NCBI GenBank assembly: GCA_964276515.1
Contig: OZ193910.1
Span: 1,860,001-1,924,000 of the forward strand
Direction of reading: 5' to 3'
Source of the DNA: Gordius albopunctatus
Taxonomy: Eukaryota
DNA length: 64,000 nucleotides
A program made the position numbers and the translations under genes. The notes under the pieces are model-generated. The model was not told the DNA's origin and made no database searches. It worked only from the letters and a program-made list of their open reading frames with translations. Position 1 is the stretch's first letter; each line of letters begins with the position of its first letter. Of this stretch, positions 1 through 13,300 are shown piece by piece.

Positions 1-75
1 CCCGAAAATTTTTAAGTTTTAATACGAAAAAAAAAGAAAAATCGAGGTTAAAAATGCAAAATAAATTGGTAAAAC

Positions 76-3071
76 CTTGTGTATTTGGCTGTCGGGTATG
101 TTGTACGCGATTGCATTGTCAAACATCAAATTAAGATCGTCCACCAGCTCATCTATGGAAGCGTATAGATTTTTCTGCCGTTATAAAGAGTAAAAAAAAT
201 AGTTTTAAAAAGTTGTAAAAAGCAATCTATAACGCATTGTTAAATGAGAAATAAAGTAAAATAAAAAAATTAGCAATTTATATTTAATTTATATGGTAAA
301 AAATATGTTTAAACGATGTTTTTGTGAGGGAAATAGTTTCGGGTGTTATATCAGAAACAGCTAGCGAAATTTCAAATAATTTTATAGCTGTCCCAAAATT
401 CTCTGTGTTTCATAAAAACCATATATACCCGGGAAATTTGAAAAATAAAAAAATTAAATAATAAAAACAGAAAAATTTTTAAATTTCTTTTTAAATTCAA
501 TTCCGTTGCTGAGGCCTATACATTCAAAAAAACCTATTTTCAAAGCCTTGATGATAGTTAGGGATAACTATTTCTGAAAATTAATAATTAGGGAGTAAAT
601 ATACTAATCTATTGCGTTTTAATTTAATCGATTTAAACTTTTGAAATAATTTAGCATTAAAAATATTAACTAAAATCTCAACTTGATTAATAAAGTTAAT
701 GATAGCTCTAAGTATTTTAACGTAAACAAGCCTCCACTCTCCCGACAACTCACATTGTTTCTTGATAAATTGCTGACTTTCTTCAAAGTCCAGACGCGAG
801 CACGCACACTGACTTGCTTAATATGCGCACTAGGCAGAGCAGTAGCATATAAAAATGCTCGAGGACCGAGCAGAAACTAGGGCAGATGGTAGCTGGAGTT
901 GAAGCAAGTTAGAAATTTGACAACTCTAGTCGCGGGCGTGGCCAGGATTAGAATTAGAGGGGGGAGGGGGAGCGATAATGATTTAGGGAGGGTCAAGGAT
1001 TTTTGAATTTAGAGGGGGGGGAGCCGCCCCTTCCGGTCACCCCTTGGCTACGCCCATGTAGATGCTACCTTTATTTTTAGTTTGATCTGGGTTAGGGCGA
1101 TGGGCCTAGCTATTTCTTCGTAATAATCTTTGTAGTGATAAGAAGAGGGTAGTCTGAGGAAAGGGTCCGAGAGGTAATTCCCATCCTTGGGGTTTTTGTA
1201 TTCTCGGATGCTGGCGAAGAGATAAGCGTAAGGGTCGTCGTCACTTTTGAACGCTCCTCCTTCGTCGTGGAAAGTGGCGATCTCTTGGCCAGCAGCATTT
1301 TTCCAAGTGTTATGCCCGTCTCGGCGCGCATTCTAAAAAGCAAAAAAAAACAGAAAAAAGTCAATTTCCTGGTATTTGTGCAACATATTGGTCGTCGTTT
1401 TGAAACGACACGACAAAAAATGTCGATCAAATGAGGCTAAGCGGTATGGCAGAGGGAGTAAGATTAAGAGAAATTAAGTAATACAAGGAATCTTATCTTT
1501 GTATAGGCTACATTGGATATTATCTAAAGTGTCCAAATAAAAATTTAGCAATTTACAGACAAGCCCAAGCCTTAAATGTTATTTAGTAAAAGCTTAACAT
1601 ATCTTGTAGTAAATGTTTGCCAGTTAAAGCTCGTGTACTAATATAAAACATAGATGCAAGGAAAAAATATTTTAAAAAATAAAATAAATATCTTAATCCC
1701 AATTCAATAAATAAGATGTAATTAATCAAAAATTTTGTGAGTTTTATAAATTATTTTACAGGTATTTATTTTGCAATTTTATTTTAATTTCACCTGGTCT
1801 GAAATGTAATCTTCTTCAGCAAGCAGAGAAGAATTAGCATTTGAAGATCTTGTCCTTTTCAAATTAAATATATACAAAAATTAATTTAATTTAAATAGAA
1901 TTTTAAAAGCAAAGATCTATTTTATATATAAATTTATGTTTAAAATATTGCTGAGTTGATTTTAAAGTCTTAAACTTTATATTTAATCAATGCTGTTTAA
2001 CTAATTAATTAATATATTAAAGGTGTAATTACATTTTCTTCTCATTTAATTTGTATCCTTTTGTTAACTTCTCTTCAAGTTCAGCTTTTTTCATAGTTAT
2101 AGCTTTTTTCAATTGTTGAGCTATCTGCACATATATATTAATTATTATTTGCTAATTAAAAATATTCAAAATTACCTTATAAATCCAAGAACCCGGTTCA
2201 TTAAATATTTTGGCATTGTTACACATCAATAGTAGATCGTTATACAACATGGTAAACGATGTATAAAGTTTGTTGTGAACCTTTTTTGTGATGGTATTTA
2301 AATCAATGGGTTCAGCTATTATTTTGTAATATTCCGGATATTTCTATTATAAATTTTAAATATATATAAAAAAAAAATAATTTTACGTGTTTAGAAGGGA
2401 GTGACTGGAAAGGCTCTGACAATTGTTGATTACTTGAACTATCTGAATAGTTTGTCACAAAATTTAATAGTTCTATAATTATTTCATACTCATCCTTAAA
2501 AATTACAGAAATTTATAAAACAAATAAATGTTTCAATTACTTTATTATAAATCTTATCTCGAATTAATTCATTATTCTTGATAACTCTCATCTTTTGATT
2601 GTTTTGTATTCTATGTAACTCACTCACAAAAACTTCCAAAAGTTTTGCACCATCTTTATATATTTGGGAATGCACCTACATTAAACAATGATTTAAAATG
2701 AGTTGGATTTATTACATCACAGTTGTTCTGAATGTTGAGAAAAAATCTCTGAATATCTTGAGAAAAGGATTGCAAATTAGAATAACCTAATGTTTCGGCC
2801 TTTAGCTTAATAGTATTTAAAGAGAATTGTTCATGCTCATATCTGTCTATATACGATACATAGAGAGTTAATTTACTTTTCTTGCAATAAAAATGTGTTA
2901 GCTAGCACATATCCATCCTGCGTAGTATAAGTGAGTAAAGCATTTAAAACAGGTATGTAAGCTTGATCCTATATGGGCTTATTAGCAGTTAATTGTTTAA
3001 ATTACCAAATGTTCGATAGAACTTGTATTTAAGTTGTCGTTAGTCTCTTTTTTAACAATATATTGTTCCAT
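76..3071 (-). CDS. PBRM1: Polybromo-1 (BAF180) 5' portion, bromodomains 1-3; gene continues beyond the left edge. Exons: 3071-3006, 2968-2877, 2842-2716, 2675-2541, 2494-2387, 2343-2176, 2124-2033, 1854-1794, 1332-1069, 174-76
   Basis: Manual GT-AG splicing gives one open frame with tandem bromodomains: BD2 LSEPFQSLPSKHKYPEYYKIIAEPIDLNTI...NNAKIFNEPGSWIYKIAQQLKKAITMKKAELE and BD3 LSDPFLRLPSSYHYKDYYEEIARPIALTQIKLKIKKNLYASIDELVDDLNLMFDNAIAYNIPDSQIHK. Order and motifs match PB1 from memory, and all intron phases are compatible. The ORF track misses it. Confidence 0.88.
755..929. mobile_element. Degenerate copy of the ~200 bp TAGAGTTG hAT-type MITE, in a PBRM1 intron
   Basis: Aligns by eye to 18085-18287 (CCAGACGCGAGCAC...AAAAATGCTCGAGG...CAACTCTA). 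Confidence 0.7.
930..1057. mobile_element. CATGGGCGTAGCC-family G-rich MITE
   Basis: Ends GGCTACGCCCATG; internal GATTTAGGGAGGG and GAATTTAGAGGGGG blocks shared with many copies in the window. Confidence 0.7.
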
Positions 3072-4974
3072 TCACAGATGATTTCTAAGAAAGTTGTATT
3101 TTATCGAAATAAAGCACCTTTGGTTAATAATTTTAAACTCCCACAAAAGGGCGCTGATAACTCTTCAATAAGTGACACAAAAAATTTATTCCGATTTTTC
3201 ATTATATTCTAAACCACCAATGACTCCCACGCTAAGTTGACTCTCGTATATGCTTATATTATAACGGAATTTAGCCGATTGAAAGGTAAGGGATAGTGGT
3301 GTAGCTAGCATTTGGGGGGGGGGGGGTTAAATTTTACACCAGTAGTTTGAGTCCATTCCAATATTAGATTTCTAAGTCTTAAATATTCCCTCCTTTATTT
3401 ACCTTTAATTTTTGCAAAAGAATTTAAATCTAGAGGACTGAAATGGGCCTCTTTAGGTCCATCAGCCGGCTCGTTACATATGTAAAAACCTTGGGCAGGA
3501 TCCGGGACCATCAAAATAATAAATGATAGACCCGGCCCGCTAATTTTTCCCAAATTCCCCTTGCCCCCCCCCCTTGCTCCCCCTAGACCTCTTTTTTTCC
3601 GCCTCCATCTTTTGCTACCTGGAGGGAGGGAGAGGATGGGAAAAGGGGAGCAAACAAGATAGGGGGTCGGGCAAATCTTACCTCAAGGGGGTGGGCAAGT
3701 TCTTAATTTATTTATGATAAATCATAAACAGATTTTTAATGTTACTAATTCGTACCAATTGCTTCTATTAAATCTGCTATCTGCTTGTATTCTACTTGGG
3801 CAATCTGCTCATTTGAACAAATTTTGCTGCTTCGAATCCGCCTTTCGAGCATTTTTATATGCTGCTATATTGCCTCGTTTACCGTGTAGAACGCACAGAT
3901 TATGCTGAACGCACTTATTAAACAACTCAGTGTGCTTGCTCGAGCAAATCACATAGAGAACATTGCTCACGCGAGCATTTAACAACACTACCTGCTAGCA
4001 TGCTATGCTAAAAACCATGTTTAGTTTCAACAACCGTGTCGATAATGGTTAGTTTCAAGTAATACTGCTCGATGCCATGTTTGTTTCTATCTCTCTCAAA
4101 CACCACCCATAAGTTACTTGAATCTGCCAATGCTTCAGCCGGGTTATTAATCAGCTTAATAGGTTACGCTTGATAGGAATATTGCGAGATGTATGCCTAT
4201 TACCAGGGTCGAGCACAATGGAAGCACAGCCATATTGACTTTTTAACATGTCTGGGGCAATAACCGCTTTACACTAAGTGTTCATCTCTTCTCTGAAAAG
4301 CTTATGCTAAAAGCTATACTAAAGGAAGTGTTGCAGGGAAATTTGTCTTCTCTCTTGTTACTAAACGCTAATAATTACTACCACCTATAATTTCTTCATA
4401 TCTTTGTTCCACTTTAAATATCGTTTCTTTAAATTTCACTATTTTTTAACCCCTAGAAGCTTTTTATGTTTAAAAATTATCCGATTCGCCATAGTGCGAT
4501 CATTTATTTTTACGTCAAAGACCCTCTGATAAATTTCCTCTTTTAGCCTAATGCCTACACCTTTCTTAAGAAACGTTCGTGATGACGCGCGAAGCGAAAA
4601 AAAGAGAAGTAAAGTTTTGAGCTAATTTATCAAACTATTCATTCTTTTTCCTTAATATCTTTATATTAATCGTAAAATTTATGATATATCACGAAAATAA
4701 CAATTGTAAATAGGATGCGTTCTTGGTGAAACCGCAGACGATTATTTTCGCCTGCGGCAAAAAGTGAGCGAAAATAAGATACAAATCATTTTGTACTTTT
4801 CGCGCAATGGTTAAAAAATTGAATGCGGTATGTATGTATTTTTCATATAATTATATATTTTTATAGAATAACTAGCTGTGCCCGGCAAAGCGTTGCTTTG
4901 GCTCAGTCCTTAAGTGGTTAAATAAGTATAACCTATTAATAAGACTTATCTAAAATGGGGTCATATATGAAATA

Positions 4975-6231
4975 ATAATTCAAATAAATCGTAACGCTCA
5001 AATTCGCTTCCAACCATGACGATCGCTACTTCGTCTATCGTAGGCGCGTTAAAGCGTCTTCCATGTTCGCCAGGTGGCGACCTATCAGCCTTGATAAAGA
5101 CCTTGTAATCGTCAGTGGGCATGCACTCCAACGCGAGTTTGAACAGGGTAACCAGATGATTTTTAGTGTGGAATAACTGCTACAAGTCGGTGACTATATC
5201 ACGGCGGATAACGGTATGCATCCCGCACCGTTGATCAATTTCAGCGTCGCCCATGAAATATATTTGGAGAAAGCCGTGTTCAGCATCAGGTACCGGGAGA
5301 AGGGACCCTATTAGATGGTAAATTTGCCCTTGTACTCTAAACGTGGGCATAAGACCACCATCATTAATAATGCGCGTTGCTCCAAACGATGTCATTTGAA
5401 AGCAAGCGTTGTATTGGCAAATGTGTTCGAGAAAGTGTTTAGACACAGGAGTAGCCCCAGAAACATAACTTAATAGCGGTTCCGGTGGCTCTTCCAGAGG
5501 TGGTAAATTGACCCTCCCATTCAAAAAACACATTCCACCCGGTTCTGTGCAGAACCGTTGAGCCTGACAATGTACACACAGTGTATCCATTCTGCCAATT
5601 GTGACGGAGGGATGAAGTCTAATCATAAGCCGAATCATACGGGAAAGCGGCTAAGGTTAAATTGGCTCCCGAGCTATTTCGTGTAAGGCTGTCTCGGTTC
5701 CGAAGGTCAGCCAGCCGAGCTTTGCGCTTTTCGCCAGTTTCAGCTGCTCTCGACGTGGAGGCTCGGTTCCGAAGGTCAGCTAGCCGGGCGTTACGCTTTT
5801 CGTCAGTTTCAGCTGCTCTCGCAGTGGAGGAACGATTTCGCTTTTGGACAGCCGGCGTTACGCTTTCCGGCAGTTTCAGCTGCTCTCGACGTGGAGACTC
5901 GGTTCTGAAGGTCGGCCAGCCGGGCGTTGCGCTTTCCGGCAGTTTCATCTGCTCTCGACGTGGAGACTCGGTTCCGAAGGTCGGCCAGCCGGGCGTTGCG
6001 CTTTCCGTCAGTTTCAGCTGCTCTCGATGTGGAGGCTCGGTTCCGAAGGGCGGCAAGCTGGGCGTTGCGCTTTTTGCCAGTTTCAGCTGCTCTTGCCGTG
6101 GAGGCTCGATTCCGGTTTTTGGCCAGCCGGGCGTTGCGCTTTCCGGCAGTTTCAGCTGTTCTGGTCTTCTTTGCGGTTTGTGTAGTACGTAGAATTATTT
6201 TTATTGTTAAAGTTTTTTTCCGCCGAGGCAT
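4975..6231 (-). pseudogene. Frameshifted N-terminal part of Helitron Rep/helicase (STPR-like repeats, Cys cluster, pre-Rep region); Rep catalytic and helicase domains deleted
   Basis: ORFs 5809-6231, 5619-6056 and 5180-5638 join through two frameshifts; motifs CVHCQAQRF..E..GMC..NGRV.LP, YNACFQMTSFGA, FRVQGQIYHLIGSL, FLQIYF, and past a stop GEHGRRFNAPTIDEVA. Confidence 0.85.
5690..6160 (-). repeat. ~69 bp tandem coding repeat (about 6-7 units) encoding 23-aa STPR-like units RAAETxxKRNARLADLRNRASTS
   Basis: Recurring CAGTTTCAGCTGCTCTCGACGTGGAG and GCCGGGCGTTGCGCTTTCC blocks; 23-residue period in translation. Confidence 0.85.
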
Positions 6232-7614
6232 ATGAGGCTGTTAGTTATAATAGGGAACAGCAAAAGTAAAATAAAAATCTTTTAGCATTTGGGGGGGGGG
6301 GGGTGTGCTTAAAACAAAACAGTATTAAAGTAGGTACCCGATTTTAGACTTAGAACCATTGTAACGACAAAATTAGTTAAGTAAGTTATTAAACTAAGCT
6401 ACCATAGAAATTTTTATATTCAAATGGGTGTCTTAGCGTTGTAATACATGTCAAAGCTTCCACAAAATGGCATTAGCATGTGGATGAGATGGCGAATGTC
6501 AGTAAGAAATTAAAGTCGATTCGATATAAGCGTGTTTCTACTTCTCATTATGGTGAAAGGAAACAAAAACTTTAAAGTAAATGTGTAACGATATACATTT
6601 AGAACCCTACTAAAAATAATGATGCTTACTTAAGTAACAACACAACATAATTTCTTTAATTCTTGCCCTTTAAATTATTATCACATAAAATTTCACAATA
6701 TAAATAAGAAATAAATAAGTCAGACAAATTATCATAAGTGAATTGGTTTGTCTTATTATATATACACTAAAAATAGTGGGTTCATAAAATCCATGACGCG
6801 ATAAAATTCGTGCCCCATTTCAATATATAAAATGTATAAGTCTAATATTTATTTTTAATAATATTAAATTAATCCATAAATAAATAATACATATTTCTAC
6901 TTATATTCTAACTTTCCTGACGTCATTATTGTATATGATGCTATAAATGAAACTGGCCGGGAAATGTCCGATATTTTTAAAACTAAAAAGAATTTTAGGA
7001 TTCTGGAAAAACTATTTTACCCCTGACCGCCCTGGGCATCTGCGGCTAAATTTTCGCGCAAATCGGGCCGTTAGTTTCAGAGATTAGCCCTTACATACAT
7101 ACACACACATATATATATACATAGACTTTACTTTATACATATAGATTACGATCTTATCAATGAATAACATTGATAAATGATAAATTTCACCGTGAATAGA
7201 ATGATAGTAATAAAAAAATGAAGAGTTTGATAAATTAGCCCAAAAATTAACTTCGCTTTTTTCCGCTTCGCGCGTCATCACGAACGTGGCACTCTTTAGG
7301 GAATTTGTTTAGTTATTGTAAAGCTTTCACAAATACATTTTGTTTTGTCACCTTTTCACTTAGTCTTTTGGAACGATATCAATATTTTGTATGCCGAAAC
7401 GTCTACCAATTTTTTTAAACTGACAACGGTTATTTTAATTCGCATATATTTTTAGTTAAAATTGCGCCTGATATAATAATAGTTTTTTAGTGAATTTTCT
7501 GTTTTTCTAAATTTTAACATTTGTATTCCCCCTAAGTCAATATTAGATAGCCTTAAAATCTAATATTAGTAATAAGAAAGCTCAAAATTCTCTTATGATC
7601 ATTAGTAGAGCAAC

Positions 7615-7777
7615 TAGTGCTGGGTTTTGTTAGGGACTAAACATAAAGAGACCAAAGTTTTTTTGGTCTGTTTTATTCTTACCTTAGTCAAATTTTGAAA
7701 AACAGATTAGGGTCGACTGTTAGTCTTAGTTGAACCAAAGGTGGACCAATCAAAACCCAGCCAGTTTTACAGCACTT
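7615..7777. mobile_element. TAGTGCTG hAT-type MITE (relatives at 28165-28323, ~38294-38430, 40792-40928 and unit-2 equivalents)
   Basis: TAGTGCTG...CAGCACTT termini; imperfect 8-bp TSD agagcaac/gaagcaac. Confidence 0.65.
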
Positions 7778-8676
7778 GAAGCAACGTTTCGTTAGATTAA
7801 ATCTGTTGCAATGATAAAGTAATATCTTTAACCATAGCTTTTTATTATTATAAAAAACACTAAATTAATTATATGAATTTAATGGAAAAAACATTTTAAT
7901 TACCATATGATATCATTACCAAAATAACTGGAATAGGAAAACCTTGGTGCAAAATGTGAATTTTTAATTTTTTTGCATATTGGCTTTTAGTGTCAACTTT
8001 CTCTTTTTCTATTATAAAATGATTTAAATTTCTGTCCTAATGGGAGGTAGGGAGGAGCATGTGCCCCCCCCCCCACCTTAGCTAAATCCAAAAATTCACA
8101 AAAATTAATAAAATTCAATTTTACAGAGTGTAGCTTTATAAATGTTAGTAAATGTATTGGCCAAAATAGGATGGTCTTACAATTTAAATTGACGCAATCG
8201 CTTTCCTATACGACTCAACAAATTTTAGCATTTACTTTGCCAAAAAGCTAAAGCAAGTCGATTGAAAAAAATATATACTAATCAAAATCTTTAATAAAAC
8301 TTCTATCGATTTCTTGAGTAGTGCTTAAACTTGGATTAGTAATTTATATCAGTATGCCGACCTGTTTAATTCCATTAATGCAAACCTAGAATTATTTTAT
8401 GACAAATACAAACTTCTTATTACACTTTCTAGTTTAACGGGTATCTTATGGGTTTATGGAGGCTTGCATGTGTGGCCTGAGGCCGACCCGTCTGGAGAGG
8501 TTTTGTAACAGGATAATTGAATTCCTAATACTTTATTCCCCATAATTGTCATTAACTATTTTATTGCATGTTCATATGGTATATTTCATTTCTAATGTAA
8601 TTGCTTATGAAAAGCAATTTATCAGAGCCCTAAGTGTAGATCACATTTTTCCATATATATTAGAGAACGAATAATT

Positions 8677-8842
8677 CCTGGGTGTAGCCAAGGGGGGCAG
8701 GGAGGGGCAGCTGCCCCCCTCTAAATCCTAAAATTTGTTAAAATATACTAAAATTATGACTAAAATTTCAAAAAATGGTAGCTTTTCCCCTTCCTAAATC
8801 ATTATTGCCCCCCTAGTCCTCCCAATGCTGGCTACGCTCATG
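8677..8842. mobile_element. CATGGGCGTAGCC-family MITE; other copies or fragments near 9560-9705, 13593-13726, 16580-16730, 16845-16965, 17337-17507, 18481-18790, 19294-19462, 25339-25717, 36048-36165, 37697-37840, 38113-38240
   Basis: TIR CCTGGGTGTAGCC...GGCTACGCTCATG, 8-bp TSD gaataatt/gtataatt, suggesting hAT dependence. Confidence 0.75.
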
Positions 8843-10324
8843 GTATAATTGTTGAATACATCTTGCTGCCTTCATATATGTATAAAATTTAAGTTGGAAA
8901 CTTAGATAAACCATAAACTTTAGGTTTTATTACTGTGGAGCTGTTAAAGTTGATGTTAATTATAGTTCTAACTCTAAATCCCTGGAGCTTTATAATCTTA
9001 TTGAATACACTATAATTAAAAAACACCTCATCTTACATGCCGACAATGAATATTTACAACATTTTGAGATCTTAGAAAGTAAAGCCTTAAACAGACCTTG
9101 AATTGGATATAATTAGATTTTCATCCTTAAACTAAAGTAATAGAATTAATAGATTTGTTGGATATTATGATGTATAATTTGCAGCTAAAGTTATAATAGT
9201 AAAAAATGCATTGATAACTTAATAAAATTGCAGACCAAACTTTTAAACTTTAAGTTGACATAAGTACTTTTGATTTGCTAAATAAATTTAAAATCTAAAT
9301 GCTATGTACATGTATAAAAGAAATTTTGTAATGCTATAACATTTTGTTTTAATTCAATTATTTTATGAAGGATTAAAACAATGTTCTATCATTTTTAAAA
9401 CTTTGTTGAACAAGCAGAGAACTGTTTGAGTGTATATAAGGTTAAGGTCTATTTATAATCAGTTTTAAATAATTCTCTACACCGTTGTATTTTGTTTAAG
9501 TTTATATATGTAGTATAGGCCAATATGAGTTCATTTGGGTGCATTATTTTTCTTATTCCCATAGGCGTAGCCAGTATTGGAATTAGAAAGAGGCAAAAGG
9601 ATCATTTTTTGAAATTTTTGCCATATTTGTAATAAATTTTAACAAATTTTTGAATTTAGAGGGGGCAGCTGCCCCTCCCTTCCCCCGCCCTTAGCTACGC
9701 CCAAGCCCCATATAGGAGGAATATGCATTCGCATAGGGATAGTAAGGGATAGGGATCATTGAGAGGTGGGTGTGCAGGACGCTAAAGACTCATCTAAATT
9801 ATTCCTTTAAAGTGCCAGGCCATTCATATCCATATTTTCCCAATGCTGATCTCAAATATAGCAAATTTAATACATGTTATGAACATGCGACCATTTTATA
9901 AAATTATTATTGCGCGTAAGCGTGCTTTAACCTCTCTATTTAAACGACAATCCTGATTTTTATTATTTTATACATATTAAAATAATCGATTTTATTGATA
10001 ATCGAATATTAAAATCGCTTAGCAATTAGTGTTTCAAAAACGTTATAAATTTTAACTTTTATTGTCGTTCAGCTCAACATGTTCAAATGACGACGACTCA
10101 ATAACGCGTATCTATGTTAAAATATAGGTCAAGCCCTCTTACAGAATGACAAAAGCATTTTTATTTTTATTTAAATATAATTAAATAACGTTGTGTTAAC
10201 AAATAATCGTAGCAGTATTATTATGTTAATGTCGTAATTTGTAAGATTCAATATATTATTGCTTTGAGAGAGGTAGACTAGGTTTTTCACAGTATATTAT
10301 TAATATTAGAGTTTTAGCACTGTG

Positions 10325-13300
10325 TCAAGAAGATATTGGGGTAATTGCTTTGTTTGGTGGTGCCCTTTTATCCGGCGTTCCAGATGGGGTCGGATTTATG
10401 GTTTTATAAATAGTTATACAACCCTTACTAGCTCTATACCTAAATTCTTCGATAAAATTTAGAGCTGATATCATGTTGACTAGAATATTGTCGAAATGGG
10501 CAACGAATACGTAGGAGAAGATGGTCGCCTTGGTGTCACTATCAACGACAGAAGGATACGAAGTATTATTACTTGTATCGTTGAGGCTCAAAGCTGATCT
10601 ATTGAGAGATGTTTGATGGGTGGAAGGGGTATTGGTAAAGTTGCGTCGCTTAGGTAAATAAGGAGATAATCCGAGACCCCTGATGTTAGAAGAGGCACTT
10701 AGACCACCGCTGTTATTAAATTCTTGGTTGCATTCGTCCTTCAATATATTCCTGTATAGGCACATGCGACCCAAGCCAAAATTAGGTGGTGCCAGTGTAA
10801 ACAATAGTCTAGCACCACTCCAATATTTCCATATGGATTCGAGCCCGGTTACGTTAGTGTCGGGAAGTATTTGAAACCCGCTTATAACGTAACCTGAAGC
10901 CGGACCATCGGTAGAATGAGAGCTTTGTGAAGATCTCGCGCTATCCTGCCTGTCATGGACTTTGGATTTAATTAAGCCACCAGTGTCATTATCTACGGTA
11001 GTAGCCATTGTAGTGGTATCATCTTGGTTGATATTTGGTTTGGAATTTGTTGGTACGTCTATGGTTGGTTTGATCTTTAATCGAACATGATGTTTGGCAT
11101 GACGAGGCGCAGAATCCAGCACGGTGTGTTGGGGTCCAGAATCGCCATTACTAACGATTGTGAGGGCGCAATACGAATTATGGGGATTCATAACGGGACG
11201 CGGCAAGTACGATGTAGGGATGGTAAAACTTTCCTTGTTTTCATACTCTCGCCCATATATATCACTATTTTCCAAATCTTTAGACCATATCGTAAGATCT
11301 TCCCTTTCTCTTCCCATCTCCGCTGCCGACCATATGTAATCTGCGTTAGTACGGAGCATACTAGGATTCAATATTTTTCGTGGACTTTTAGGATCTGAAG
11401 GTGTTATCATGTCTTGTTTTAAAATTGAGGAGTAATGACTCATCATAGGGTAGTGGCTATTTTCTTTGTTATTCGCCGGCAATTTTGGGGTATCTATTGC
11501 TTCGGTAATAGTTTCTTTTGTAGTATCCTTAATGGTCGATTTATCCTGGGCCTGTGATTTATATTGCATAGGTGGCGCGTTATCAGATGATACCGTTTTT
11601 GGTGTTTGAGCTTTATTATTCGTATCCTTTAACAAGTACAATTTGGAGATAAGATCATTTATACCCATCTTAGTGGATTTTCCTTCGTCTACTCTTTCAG
11701 TTTTGTTATTTAGCGGCGAAGACTTTACCGATATTGAGGATTGCTTAGATTGACCATCTTTATTAGGTCGCCACGTTTTTATTTTAAAGTAGCCTGTAAA
11801 AAATGATGATCAAGGGCTAAATTTACATAATTATTAAGAATAAATGTAAGACTTAATGGAATGACAGGAATTAACTTATTATTAAAGAAAAAAGCTTTAT
11901 TACTATGATTTGAATGCAACGAGCCATGTAAGAAAGATTGAATAAATTAACATAAATTAGATTAAAGAGTAGGGTAAATTATGTAAGGATTCAAAACTAG
12001 TCAGTGGATGACAAATTAAATAATTGAAAACCTTAAAGTAAAGTAAAATGCCTTACTGTTTACAGATGGGCCCGAATCATTATCGACTTCCCATACAACA
12101 TACTTGAATACGGCTAAAAGACAAAATTAGGAAATATGTAATATTAAAAATTTATTAAAAAATATGGTATTTTTGAATTTAATTTCTTAAGTGTCTCTAT
12201 TAATCACAACTTTGCGAAAAGCTAAATTGCCACGCTATCATTGAGCCATATATAGATTCAAATATCGAACTAAAATGGTTATAAAAAACTATTACGCTTC
12301 ATTAACCCAGGCTTAGAAAAACATAAATATAACTTTTAATATATGGTCTTTTTAAAATATACGCGATAAACGTTATAAAAACGTGGTTTAGACTTTCTAA
12401 CCAAACAAACCATAAAACTAATGAAATGGATAGAAATCCAAATAATACCTAATTATTTTAAAAAACACTTTTTATAAATTTACTACTAAAACCTATTATA
12501 AACTCGCACCTGTTATAAATACTATTCATGATAGAGTTATGTATTTAAAACTGACAAAGGTCATAGAAGAATTGGCACTGAAATCAACCCTTGATTTAAA
12601 TTAAATCTAGAGAAGCATATAGGGTAGTTAAAATGTACGAAGGGCAAAATAACCAATATTATATTGAAAATATCGATTTTTTTGTTTAAATGGAAATTGG
12701 CAGCTAAAATACACCTAATGGTATATAAGTAAAATTCAAATTATTACTTTACTGCATGACGACACACATGCAAATGAATTTAAAAAAGTCTTCGCTAATT
12801 AATTGATCATATTGGCATGGCAAAGACCCCAACCCCATCTATGCGCCGAGCAATTAAAGTTATGGGCACGTTATAAATAATAATCTGATTGATTTGCATT
12901 TCCTAAAAATATGAGTTTGAGAGTGTTATTTTAAAAGGCGGGATCTTTTTATTTTGAAATTTTGCCCATAATATTGAGTTAATTTTTGACTTCTCATTAG
13001 TACTAACTTGCCCCGTCCTCTCCTAAATATAATACTCCCCCAGAAAACTGGTTTCGAAGTAAAATTTGTTGAAATACTAGGAACTCGGTGCCGTATCAAC
13101 TCGCCGAAAACCATCTCGCCTAATTTAATGTCCCCCGGTCAAAACACAAAATGTCCCAGGTGAATTCGGCGAGATTGTTTTCGGCAAGTTGACGGGCCGC
13201 CTAGGAACTCTTATGTTTTATTTAATATGTAGTAAACATAATATGACCAGCTACATAGACTGCTAACGCCTTTTCCGCCATTTTGAAATGTGCACATCTA

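Larger units (their letters stand above)
4872..7145 (-). mobile_element. Helitron, internally deleted, both termini intact
   Basis: Minus strand begins A|TCTATATG at 7145 followed by a (GTAT)-type microsatellite, and ends ...GCAACGCTTTGCCGGGCACAGCTAG|T at 4872 (GC-rich subterminal element plus CTAG, inserted between A and T, no TSD); contains RepHel N-terminal coding remnant. Confidence 0.9.
4573..7287. mobile_element. Non-autonomous TIR element (~75 bp imperfect inverted repeats) split by the Helitron insertion
   Basis: ACGTTCGTGATGACGCGCGAAGCG...GCTAATTTATCAAAC at 4573-4645 recurs inverted at ~7215-7287; superfamily not determined. Confidence 0.65.

Noticed and set aside
1110..1430. 106 aa ORF in the track
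   Set aside because: Wrong frame; the bromodomain exon 1332-1069 is in another frame
5690..6160. CRISPR-like array
   Set aside because: Contiguous coding tandem repeat without unique spacers; eukaryotic context
5662..6235. Plus-strand ORFs of 176, 113 and 102 aa
   Set aside because: Antisense shadows of the GC-rich 69 bp Helitron repeat
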